This document shows positions 19,985 to 29,665 of a DNA stretch of 64,000 nt, piece after piece. The notes beneath the pieces are model-generated. The model saw only the letters and a program-made list of their open reading frames with translations. It was not told the DNA's origin and did not search any database. Made by a program: the position numbers and the translations under genes. This DNA comes from an uncultured Actinomycetes bacterium (GTDB taxonomy: Bacteria; Actinomycetota; UBA4738; JBBDTT01): NCBI GenBank assembly GCA_963742735.1, contig CAVUMN010000002.1, positions 128,001 to 192,000 on the forward strand. The letters are read 5' to 3'. Each line of letters begins with the position of its first letter. The first letter of the stretch is position 1.

Positions 19985-20431
19985 CTATGCCTCGTTGAAG
20001 AAAGCTCCCCCGAACCGCGGCCGAAGCTGATTGGCCAAATTGTCCGCGGTAACGGCGACATAGTCCACCGCGACCTCGAGCTCGTCGTCGTCGAGGGTAT
20101 CTCCGAGTAGCGAGTAGCCGAACGACAGGAGAGGCCTCTCTCCCTCGACCGCTAGTGCGAGTGCACCGAAGGCGAAGTCTGTGTTCGACTGCATGGCAAC
20201 GTAGCGGATCAACTCGTCTGTGATGGGCAGGTCTCGAAGGATCGGCGCGAAGACTTGGACTCGGGTGTACTGCTGGTCGAATACCTCGTCGACAAGTACG
20301 AACAGCCAGGTCGTCTCAACCATGGTCGGAACCGCGAGGCCCCCCTCGTCCGTCCAAAACGTCGACGGATACCGGCTCTGGAGCCGGTCGTGGATTCGCG
20401 CAAGAACGTCTCGTGCAGAACTCACCCTCAC
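19985..20431 (-). CDS. YbjN / T3SS-chaperone-like (CesT fold) protein
   Basis: VQVFAPIL..., FAFGAL, YSLLGDTLDDDEL..AV..VAVTAD..L..RFGG. Confidence 0.7.
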   Translation of the reverse strand: MRVSSARDVLARIHDRLQSRYPSTFWTDEGGLAVPTMVETTWLFVLVDEVFDQQYTRVQVFAPILRDLPITDELIRYVAMQSNTDFAFGALALAVEGERPLLSFGYSLLGDTLDDDELEVAVDYVAVTADNLANQLRPRFGGAFFNEA

Positions 20432-20458
20432 CCACCAGGTCTGCGGCCTAGCCAGCGC

Positions 20459-20608
20459 TCAGGTCCACCCTTTGCCCCCACACGTGGTGCACTTGCCGTT
20501 CCCTCCGCATCGGCTGCAAGAGAATGTACTGGGCCATTGATGAATCCTTCCAGTACCTCCGCACTTCTTGCAGTCCCCTGATGCGCCACAGCTGCCGCAC
20601 TTGGCCAA
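20459..20608 (-). CDS. 49-aa DnaJ-type zinc-finger mini-protein
   Basis: MAKCGSCGASGDCKKCGGTGRIHQWPSTFSCSRCGGNGKCTTCGGKGWT: four CxxC repeats, three exact CxxCxGxG; TTG start with GAGAGGA SD; missed by the ORF track. Confidence 0.75.
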   Translation of the reverse strand: MAKCGSCGASGDCKKCGGTGRIHQWPSTFSCSRCGGNGKCTTCGGKGWT

Positions 20609-20749
20609 ATCGGGTTCCTCTCGTTACATCCGTCGGAGTCGAGGCTACGTCCTGTCGCAGGTTCTGGTCAACGAAGGTACGGTATGCCCACCAACGGGCG
20701 CGGCGGTGGGGACCTTGCGTTCGAGCCCGGCGCTGGACATGCTTCAGGT

Positions 20750-21388
20750 GTGAACGAGGCAGGCGGATCCGCCCAGCGCCGCTACGAGCGGGAACGGGAA
20801 AAGCTCGACGCGTCGTTGCCGGCAAGCCGCTTCTGGCGATCCGTAACGAAACTCGGCTCGGACTATGAACGCCGCCTCAGATACGCAGAGGCCTGGGGAA
20901 AAGGCGCCGAGGGGGAGCGACGGACGGCGGAAGCGCTCCGACCACTCGAGGCCGAAGGCTGGATCCTTCTAAACGACCTCCCGCTTCCAGAGCGGAAGCG
21001 CGCGAACATCGACCACGTCCTCATCGGACCACCCGGCGTCTTCGTGATCGAGACCAAGAATTACAAGGGCCGCGGCCGCGTCGAGCGCTCACGGCTCGTC
21101 ATCAACGGGCGTGATCGCAAGCGAGATCTCGAGGAAGTCTGGCACGAGGCCGGAGCGGTTCAGTTTCTGTTGCGGGTTCAGCTTGCCAATGTCGGCCTGG
21201 ACGTCCGAGCCGTGCTCTGCATCCACAACTCCAGCCTCGAGGGAGGCTGGTTTCGTGAGCCCGAGATCGATCAGGTCCGGATCGCTTCACCCAAGAGGCT
21301 TGTGGCGTGGGTTCGATCTCAGCCGGCGAGGCTCAGTTCCGCCGACGTCCAGTCTCTCGCAGAGACACTCGCGATAGCCCTCCGCTGA
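20750..21388 (+). CDS. NERD-domain nuclease
   Basis: GAEGE, NIDHVLIGPPGVFVIETKNYKG. Confidence 0.85.
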   Translation: MNEAGGSAQRRYEREREKLDASLPASRFWRSVTKLGSDYERRLRYAEAWGKGAEGERRTAEALRPLEAEGWILLNDLPLPERKRANIDHVLIGPPGVFVIETKNYKGRGRVERSRLVINGRDRKRDLEEVWHEAGAVQFLLRVQLANVGLDVRAVLCIHNSSLEGGWFREPEIDQVRIASPKRLVAWVRSQPARLSSADVQSLAETLAIALR

Positions 21389-21404
21389 AGATCATGTCTT
21401 GGAA

Positions 21405-21840
21405 TCAGGAGACGTACGCCCTCCGGACCAAGGCGGGCGTCCAGGCACTGTGGCCATGTGGGCGGGCCACCTTTGTGTTCCTGTTGAGCGACTCCGCGAT
21501 CTCGTCAAGAGATTTGTGACTCTCGAGGAGCGTTCTGATCCGACTACGCCAGCCCCAGTCGCTTCTGTTACACATGACGTGGGCCAATCGGGCGTTGCCC
21601 GGGGTTCGCTTCCCCGGCCATCTCGGGGACTGGATAATGGTCGAGGTTGGGTTCCCAGTCACCCTCGTTCGGGGTTCGTTCGTCGAAGTGCCGACGGCCT
21701 TTTGGGCAGTAGCACTGCGGCATCTCGCATGCGAACTCCAGCAGCTGGCCCCACTCGGCCATCTGCACGAGTACGCCGTGCAACCCCTTCGCGCGCATGG
21801 CGCCTGCCAGATCTGATGGCGACGCCGATTTCTCAGGCAT
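21405..21840 (-). CDS. HNH nuclease-like protein with C-terminal recombinase-type helical domain (frameshift near 21620)
   Basis: CEMPQC..NLDHYPVP in one frame continues as GNARLAHVMCN..SLDEIAESLN..WTPALVRR in another. Confidence 0.65.
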
Positions 21841-21881
21841 CAGTCCTCCTCTTCAGCAAGGTGGGCGAGCTGTAACCCTTT

Positions 21882-24170
21882 CTAGTCGATCGGCCCTTGG
21901 GCCACCCGCGCCAGGACGCCTTGCTTGAAGAGCTCCAGGTCAGATTCGTCGTGGATGTTGCCCGCGACACGCGTGGTTCTGAAGCGCGCGCTGGATGGGT
22001 CGCTCAGTTCCTCGAGAGTCGAGTCCGCTGGGTGGCGCCCTATGAGCCAGAAGTGAACCCATTTCTTGGCGAAGTAGTAACCGCCCAGCCAGCGTTTGCC
22101 GGCGTAGAAGGAATGATGCGACCGAGCGTTGTGAATGACCTCGAGACCGGCTTCCATCAGCCACTCCTCGATACCGTCCACAGCATCCCGAACGAATTCG
22201 GTGGCCGCATAAGCTCTCAGCGCCACGTGCGAAGTTGGCGGAGTCGAGTTGCTAGAGAGCCCCTCCTCCGCTTCTCCGACCTCTTCCTCCGCCTCGGGGG
22301 GCGCCTGGAAGCTCAGCCCGTCCACACCGAGAGAATTCCAGAAGGGATCGGTTGGCCCAGGCCACAGCGACAGGAAACGGGCCGCAAGTTGCTGCCCGCG
22401 CTCGAGGATCGTCGACTCGTTCCACGATCCCGCGTACTCGTTCACTAGATCCTTGTTGAGGAACAGGACTGTGTGATCGCCCAAGGTCTCGCGCTTCTGG
22501 ACCCAAGCCGCGTTCGACAGAGTTGGATTGAGCTTGTGCGTGACCAGCGTCAGGTTGCCGAGTGAGTGCTTCAGGTTGTCGCGATTAGCGGTCGCCTCGA
22601 CGACGTTGACATCTGCTGGCAACGGCCAGTGCGGCTCCCAGCTCTGAGGGAGCACGTGCTCGATAGTGAGGACCCGCGGGACATGCGCTTCCTCGCTCTT
22701 GCCAGGGGAGCGAAGCGAGTCCTCGAGTGCCTCGAGGATCATGCGGAGCCGGCCTCTGCTCACCACCTTGTAGATGGGCAACGACAGCAGCGCGTCACGA
22801 ACCTGCTCGTCGGAGGGCCAGACCTGACTCTCTCCTTCGAGCCGGGCGAGAAACTCCACTGTCACATCGCCGGCGCGTGCCGGGTCCTTTGCGACCTCGC
22901 CGAGCAGCGAGAGGAATACCACGTTGTAGTTCTTTGTCGTCATCCGGCAGACGATTCGCCTGATGAGCCAACTCTCGACCGCCCGGGTGAGCCGCGTTCG
23001 CTGTTCTCCGGAGACCTCAGCCTCGGGATGTCCGAGAACGAACAGCAAGAGAGGGTTCGCCGTCGCGGTCTCGGTCATGCGAAGCCGGTAGAAGAAGGTC
23101 TCTTCCGGGCTGCCCGGTGGATGGAGATCGAATCCGCGGTACGTCTTCGCATGGTGGTCGATGTCCTTGAGGATGCCCTCCGGATCGTTAGTCTCGGCTG
23201 CGAACCGGCGGAACTGGGGGAAGAGCTCGTGCAGGCCGAGCTCCCGACCCCGGCGCATGGTGAGCCAGTGGAAGAAGAAGACGTCCAGCCGCGGCCGCGT
23301 AAGGCGACCCTGCGCGATCGACTCCCTCCACCAGTCAGTGTCGAGCGACCTCCAGTGTGACTCATAGAGGTCACCCATCGGCAGGCGACGCTCCGAGGCC
23401 AATCTAAAGAGCGAGTTCTTGATGAGGTCTGAAGCCAGGAGGGGTGTGCCCCGCGCGTTCAGCGTCTCGAAGATGACCTGCGCGTTGTCGTTCGGCTCGA
23501 GGTCGATTACTACCAGGCGCAGAAGCTGCCATAGGACTATGCGAAGAGCGTCCAGTCGTTCCGTCACGGAAGTATCGGGTGATTCGCTGAGCCACTCTCG
23601 GATCGCGGAGGCAAAGTATGTGTGTGCTTGGAAGATCGACGACTGGGAGAGATTCGCCAGATCGTCGCTTCCCCGCTCCTCCTTCTTCATCGTGGTGCCG
23701 AAGACGGCCTGATCGATGTTCGTTGGCCACACCTTGAAGCGATCGATGGAGCTGCGGATCAGGTCGGGGTCGTTGTCCGTCAATTTCCCAAACAGCTTCG
23801 TGCTCCCATCACCGGCTTCGGCGGCCACATCGGCTGCCGCGTCAAGGAAGAGTTGCAGCGTCGTTAGGCGTTGCTGCCCGTCGATGATGTTGCGCTGCTC
23901 GATCATGCCGGCCCCAAAGGGGAGTTGCTCGACCACGATTGCGCCGAGGAAGTGGGAAGGCGTTAGCGCCTCCGGCGTACCCTGGCTGGTGTCCTCCTCC
24001 GAAGCGACCGACCGTGCTGTGATCAGATTCTCGGCAACGGTCCGCAAGTCGTCCCATAGGGGTTCCCAGTGTTCCTCGCGGTTCCAGACGTAAGGACGCT
24101 GAAACAAAGGGACGATGTATGTCACCGGTTTGTTGAAGAGATTGGTGAGCGTCAGCGTGTCGGCTTTCAT
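21882..24170 (-). CDS. GmrSD-family type IV restriction enzyme (DUF262 + DUF1524) with extra C-terminal domain
   Basis: PLFQRPYVW, IIDGQQRLTT, IFETLNARG, TIEHVLPQ, LGNLTL..N. Confidence 0.9.
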   Translation of the reverse strand: MKADTLTLTNLFNKPVTYIVPLFQRPYVWNREEHWEPLWDDLRTVAENLITARSVASEEDTSQGTPEALTPSHFLGAIVVEQLPFGAGMIEQRNIIDGQQRLTTLQLFLDAAADVAAEAGDGSTKLFGKLTDNDPDLIRSSIDRFKVWPTNIDQAVFGTTMKKEERGSDDLANLSQSSIFQAHTYFASAIREWLSESPDTSVTERLDALRIVLWQLLRLVVIDLEPNDNAQVIFETLNARGTPLLASDLIKNSLFRLASERRLPMGDLYESHWRSLDTDWWRESIAQGRLTRPRLDVFFFHWLTMRRGRELGLHELFPQFRRFAAETNDPEGILKDIDHHAKTYRGFDLHPPGSPEETFFYRLRMTETATANPLLLFVLGHPEAEVSGEQRTRLTRAVESWLIRRIVCRMTTKNYNVVFLSLLGEVAKDPARAGDVTVEFLARLEGESQVWPSDEQVRDALLSLPIYKVVSRGRLRMILEALEDSLRSPGKSEEAHVPRVLTIEHVLPQSWEPHWPLPADVNVVEATANRDNLKHSLGNLTLVTHKLNPTLSNAAWVQKRETLGDHTVLFLNKDLVNEYAGSWNESTILERGQQLAARFLSLWPGPTDPFWNSLGVDGLSFQAPPEAEEEVGEAEEGLSSNSTPPTSHVALRAYAATEFVRDAVDGIEEWLMEAGLEVIHNARSHHSFYAGKRWLGGYYFAKKWVHFWLIGRHPADSTLEELSDPSSARFRTTRVAGNIHDESDLELFKQGVLARVAQGPID

Positions 24171-24854
24171 CGGGCCTCCGATGGGCGACTGCATTTCCAA
24201 TCCCGCTACAGGTTAGGTCTACACCCTTTTCGACAACACCGCCCCTCGGAAGTCGGCCCCGCCGTCGTAACTGTCGCGTCGAACCGCCTCCCCCAGAGTC
24301 CCGACGAGATTCAGTGGGGGTATTGGGCGCCGGATGATCTCCCGGTGTTCCCGCCAATGGGTTGACAGATGACAAGGCTACGAATCGAGCGCGATTCGTC
24401 GTCCGAGGTGGGGACATTCCGACGGAGGACGGGTGAATGGCAGCGCCCTCGGGGTGGGGGGATGGGTACGCGGAGATGGACCCTACTCTTTCTCCACCAG
24501 GCGTAGAAGCCGTGTTCCGCCGAAAACCCGTGGGAAGTCTAGGACGGATTGCTAGGTCTCTCCGCCGAGCGCTTCGTAGTGATCCAAACAGCTTCCGGGC
24601 TCTCGGCAAGGCATGTCCTAGCCTCGAAGGGTGAACCGGAACGCCCGCTTGAATCCGTTCGGCTCCCCAGCTGAGCCAGGAATGCCGTCCATGGCTTCGG
24701 GGATGCGGTCACTCAGTCGCGCCATACTGTTACAGCTCGACGTCGCAAGTCGGTCGCCCCGCGATCGGGCGCACGCGGGGGAAGGGGGCCCTGATCAGCA
24801 CCGAGAACGCCGAAACGCCGACCCCGACCCAGCGATTCTCCCCATCACCGCGGG

Positions 24855-25508
24855 CAGATCAAGACGCGTGACCGGGTTCGCGAGTTGGCGGAGGTCTATA
24901 CACACGAGCGTGAGGTCAACGCGATGCTCGACCTCATCCCAGACATGTTCGCCCCTGGTGTTGCGGCCACCGATATTAAGTTCCTCGAACCCGCCTGCGG
25001 CTCGGGCAACTTCCTGGAGGAAGTCCTACGTCGCAAGCTACGCAATATCCGATTCAGAGCCGTCCGCTCCGTCGGCGCCTATGAACACCGCATCCTGCGG
25101 GCAGTCGCCTCCATCTACGGTATCGATATCTCCGCGGAAAACGTCGCGGAGGCACGGGACCGTCTTGTCTCCGCCGTCCGGACGCACTACTACAACGATG
25201 CCAACAGCATCGAACCGACTGCTGGGTTCGTCTCCGCTGTCCGTGCCGTCCTCGACACGAACATCCTCAACGCGGATTTTCTTGCCGACGCTGCCACAAT
25301 CGAGATCGTCGACTACCAACCGATTCGTGGCGGATACTTCAAGCGAGTCTGGTCGATGCTGGACGGGTCGGCTGTGGTAGCAATACAACCGAGCCTATTC
25401 CAGCAGGAATCCGGGCCCAAGCAGGACGAGACACCGATCAAGTACCTTGATCTCACAATAACTCCACGGCCCACTCGCAAGGATGGGTCGACGCGGAGGA
25501 GCGCTTGA
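24855..25508 (+). CDS. Short SAM-binding DNA methyltransferase-like subunit
   Basis: QIKTRDRVRELAEVYT, FLEPACGSGNFL, IYGIDI; no NPPY-type motif; true start uncertain (possible indel upstream). Confidence 0.75.
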   Translation, partial: QIKTRDRVRELAEVYTHEREVNAMLDLIPDMFAPGVAATDIKFLEPACGSGNFLEEVLRRKLRNIRFRAVRSVGAYEHRILRAVASIYGIDISAENVAEARDRLVSAVRTHYYNDANSIEPTAGFVSAVRAVLDTNILNADFLADAATIEIVDYQPIRGGYFKRVWSMLDGSAVVAIQPSLFQQESGPKQDETPIKYLDLTITPRPTRKDGSTRRSA

Positions 25509-27058
25509 TGCCACAGGTGCTGGGCTTTTCGCACGTTCCCGACATCCTCGATTGCCTCGCTCAGCTGTCAAACGATGAGGTGCCCACGCCGCCCAGACTG
25601 GCACGGGCTATGCTCGACATCCTGCCCACCGAGGTGTGGTCCGACCCGAATCTCAAGTGGCTGGACCCATGCTCCAAGTCGGGAATCTTCCTCCGCGAGG
25701 TCGCCGCCCGACTGCTGGAAGGCCTTGGCGAGTGGGAGCCCGACTTCGAGAGGAGGCGGGACCATATCTTCCGCCAGATGCTATTTGGCACATCCATCAC
25801 GGAGATGACTGGCGTGATTTCTCGGCGCACCGTCTATTGCTCTCGCGACGCAGCGGGGGAACAAAGCGTCGTCGATGTCACCGACGAAGTGGGCAACCTG
25901 CCCTTCATTCCGGCGGAGCACGTCTTTCGGAAGGGCCCAACGACTACGTCGTGCGCCGTTTGCCGGGCACCGACTCAACTCGAGCGTGGCGACAGGCGGG
26001 AGAACTACGCCTATTCATTCATCCATGGGGCATATCCGACGAAGGAGATGAAGAACATGAGGTTCGACGTCGTGGTAGGCAACCCGCCTTACCAGATCGA
26101 CGATGGTGGCCACAACGCCAGCGCGACCCCGATCTACCACTTGTTTGTGCAGAAGGCCATCGAGCTGGACCCCAGATACGTCCTGATGATTACGCCGTCT
26201 CGCTGGTTTGCCGGCGGGAAGGGACTCGAGAAGTTCCGCAGAAGAATGCTCGCGGATAGACACCTTCGGACACTGGTCGACTACCCGAAGCTCTATGACG
26301 GATTTCCAGGTGTGAAGATTCGTGGAGGCGTCTCGTACTTTCTCTGGGATCGGCACCACGATGGCCCCTGCTCCGTGCAGACAATGTGGGATGGCGAACC
26401 ACTCGGACCACCTGTCGAGCGGTATCTGGACGTTTACGACGTGATCGTGCGAAGAAATGAAGCTGTATCCGTGTTGGAGAAGGTGCGCGCATTTGTGGCC
26501 GGAGGATCACCTGAACCGACACTCGAGAGCAAGGTATCCTCCATGAAGCCCTTTGGTCTTCGAACGTACTTCCACGGCGAAAACAGCCCGGCCGGAATGA
26601 CGGATCCCGTGAAACTCTTTGGGTCTCAGAAGGTGACCTGGTTGGAACGAGACGCCATTCCTCTGAATCAGCCTTGGATTAACGACTGGAAAGTGTTGGT
26701 CAGCCGGGTCCAGGGAACCAGTTCTGCTGTGGAGACGCAGTTCCTCGGGCAACCAATCGTCGCGGGTCCAGGTACTGCCTGCACCGAGACCTATCTCGTC
26801 GCTGGTCGGTTCCAATCAGAGGAGGAGGCGGAGAGATATGCGGCCTACCTGCGCACTCGATTCGTCCGCTTCCTTGTGTCGCTGAGGAAGTCGACACAAG
26901 ACGCGGCCCGCGGTGTCTACGCATTCATTCCCGATCTCCCAGTCGACCGAGTCTGGACCGACGAGATGCTCTACAAGCGATATCGGCTGACGAAGAGCGA
27001 GGTCAGCTTCATCGATTCCCAGGTGAGGGAGATGGCTGCGCCCGACCAGTCGGGTTAG
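25508..27058 (+). CDS. Eco57I-like N6-adenine DNA methyltransferase with TRD
   Basis: SNDEVPTPP, LDPCSKSGIF, FDVVVGNPPYQ, MITPSRWFAGGKGL. Confidence 0.85.
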   Translation: MPQVLGFSHVPDILDCLAQLSNDEVPTPPRLARAMLDILPTEVWSDPNLKWLDPCSKSGIFLREVAARLLEGLGEWEPDFERRRDHIFRQMLFGTSITEMTGVISRRTVYCSRDAAGEQSVVDVTDEVGNLPFIPAEHVFRKGPTTTSCAVCRAPTQLERGDRRENYAYSFIHGAYPTKEMKNMRFDVVVGNPPYQIDDGGHNASATPIYHLFVQKAIELDPRYVLMITPSRWFAGGKGLEKFRRRMLADRHLRTLVDYPKLYDGFPGVKIRGGVSYFLWDRHHDGPCSVQTMWDGEPLGPPVERYLDVYDVIVRRNEAVSVLEKVRAFVAGGSPEPTLESKVSSMKPFGLRTYFHGENSPAGMTDPVKLFGSQKVTWLERDAIPLNQPWINDWKVLVSRVQGTSSAVETQFLGQPIVAGPGTACTETYLVAGRFQSEEEAERYAAYLRTRFVRFLVSLRKSTQDAARGVYAFIPDLPVDRVWTDEMLYKRYRLTKSEVSFIDSQVREMAAPDQSG

Positions 27059-27062
27059 ATCC

Positions 27063-29572
27063 GTGGCGAATCGCATCTATGCCTATACCGTCGTAGGGAA
27101 GGACAGCGAGCCGTGGGAACGCACGGTCGGACAAACGCACGTCACCGGTGTTGGGTTCATCAAGGTGGGACAGACGACCAAGCCCACCGCCCGAACCCGT
27201 ATCAAGGAGCAACTCGGCACGGCCTATCCCAGCTTGGACGGTGTGACAATCCTCCTAGATCAGCCCGCTGCGCGTGCTGATGGCACTGAGTTCTCGGATC
27301 ACGATGTACATGATGCCCTCGTGGCCGCCGGCATCAAACGACAGGGCGGTGAATGGTTCGAGGCAACGCTGGATGAGGTCAGGGCGATTATCAACGCCGT
27401 CGCCAAGGGAAGGACGTTTGATCCGAAGCGTACGGAGTCCTTCCAGATGCGTCCCGAGCAGCAGCGAGCCGTCGAGGTCACCTCTGACTACTTCAAAGCT
27501 CAATCGGTGGGCCCATCGAGAAGGGCTCCCAAGTTCCTCTGGAACGCCAAGATGCGCTTCGGTAAGACCTTCGCGACCTACCAGTTGGCCGTGAGAATGG
27601 GGTGGAAGCGGATCCTGGTCCTTACCTATAAGCCGGTCGTGCAAAGCCAGTGGCGCGACGACCTACTCACACACATCGACTTCGACGGTTGGCGATTCGT
27701 CGACCGTGAGACCCACATCGGAGAGCAGGACGACTTGGTTGCCGGACCGAATCCGCTCGTTTGGTTCGCATCCTTCCAAGACCTCTTCGGCACGACTCCC
27801 GAGGGGGGCACCAAGCCGCACAATGACAAGCTCTACGTGATCAACTGGGACTGCATCGTCCTGGACGAGTACCACTTTGGAGCTTGGCGTGACTCGGCTC
27901 GTGACCTCTATGACCCCACAGACGAGGCGGTCGCCGAGGCGGAGGAACCTGACGAATGGGTGACCGAGGAGGATCTCGGGCTGAGAGTAGGCACTACCTC
28001 TACCTCTCGGGGACGCCGTTCAGGGCAATTACCAACGGCGAGTTCACCGAGGACGCCGTCTTCAACTGGACCTACGTAGACGAGCAGGCGGGGAAGCAAG
28101 GCTGGGACGAAAAGGCGCCCAACCCTTACGCCGAGCTGCCTCGCATGGAAATGTACGCCTACGAGATGAGCCAGGAGGCCGCCGTTTGGGCCGCGGGCGG
28201 CGAATTCAGCGGGTTCTCGCTCAACGAGTTCTTCAAGGCAAAGAGCGCGCACTCGAGTGGCACCGTCGCAGGGGCTGGTGCCTATGTGTTTGAGAGCCCG
28301 ACCCAGGTGTCAGAGTTCCTTGCCATGCTTCGCGGCAAGTTGTCTGATCAGATGAAGTCGTTAATCGTCGCTGGCCAGAAGCCCCCCTTTCCCTACGAGT
28401 CGGTTGGCTTCAAGAAGGCGGTGACACACTCCGTTTGGTTCCTCCCTGACGTAGCTTCATGCTTCGCCATGGGGGACTTGCTGAGGGTGGACCCCTACTT
28501 CTCTGCTTTCGAGATCGTGGTTTCCGCCGGCAGCAGCGGTGGGCAGGGCGCCGCGGCGAAACCTCCTGTCGAAGTAGCGATCGGAAAGGCTATGAAGGCG
28601 GGTGCGGGTTCGATCACCCTGTCCTGCGGAAAGCTCATGACCGGTGTGACAATCAGGGAGTGGGGGGCCATCCTCATGCTCCGCTCGTTGAAGTCACCCG
28701 AGTCATACTTCCAAGCCGCCTTTCGCGTGCAGTCGCCCTGGGCCTACAGAAACGCTGTAGGCGATCTCGATGTACAGAAGGACGTCTGCTACGTGTTCGA
28801 GTTTGATCCGAATCGCGCACTCTCCCTTGTGGCGGAGTATGGAATCCGTCTGGCCAGTTCGGGTGACGTCACGCCGTCCGAGGCCATCGGGCAGTTGCTC
28901 AACTACCTGCCCATATACGGTTTCGCGGGTGGCGCGATGACCCAATTGGACGCCTCTGCGGTTCTCGACTGGGCCACGGCCGGCATCGGAGCAACGGCCC
29001 TGGCGCAACGGTGGAATTCGCCGCTGTTAGTAGAGGTGAACGAACACACCCTGGCCGCTGTGCTGGATCACCCGCAGCTATTGGAGGCTCTGGAGCAAAT
29101 CGAAGACTTCCGAGCGCTGGTGCACAACGCCGAGTATGTCGTGACCTCCACGAGGCTCCTCAAGAAGGCAAAGCGAGAGCAAGGTGGCAAGCTCGATTCG
29201 GATCAGCAGAAGCAGCATCGTGAAACGGCTAGTCGGCGCAAGGAGATCCGAGAGAAGCTTCAGAAGTTCCTAGCCAAGCTCCCGGTGTTCATGTACGCGA
29301 CCGACTTCCGAGAAGAGGCCGTGAAGCATGTGATTGAGTCGCTGGACTCTGCTCTCTTCGAGCGGGTGACCGGTCTAACCGTTGATGACTTCAAGCTGCT
29401 CAACCAGATCGGCCTTTTCAACGCCCAACACATGAACGCTGCGATCTATCAGTTCAAGTCTTTCGAGACGGCCAGCCTCCACTACGCGGACGGCGCCTCT
29501 GAGGAGGAGGTTGAGGACAGGATTGGGCTCTGGGATCGCAGCATAGAAGCCTCCGAGCTTCCCTCCGGCTAG
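27063..29572 (+). CDS. GIY-YIG (T5orf172-like) nuclease - SF2 helicase restriction subunit (frameshift near 27985)
   Basis: IYAY..IKVGQT..RTRIKEQ..EWF; AKMRFGKT, LDEYHFG, YLSGTPF, MTGVTI..W, YFQAAFRVQSP. Confidence 0.8.
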
Positions 29573-29581
29573 CCGCGAGGC

Positions 29582-29630
29582 ATAGCGTCGACACTCAGTC
29601 GCTCCTAGTGAGTAATCGACAAACGGCTAT
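29582..29630. terminator. Imperfect hairpin between convergent R-M and HerA genes
   Basis: Nested ATAGC/GCTAT, TCGA/TCGA and ACTCA/TGAGT arms. Confidence 0.35.
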
Positions 29631-29665
29631 CTCTGGGTTGCGGGCATGTTCTCTACTCTTCCGAT

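Noticed and set aside
24437-24634. 65-aa ORF with SD-like sequence in the gmrSD-MTase spacer
   Set aside because: No recognisable motif or codon bias; cannot be supported
29573-29665. Integron attC site
   Set aside because: The hairpin lacks convincing RYYYAAC/GTTRRRY boxes and there is no integron integrase or cassette array
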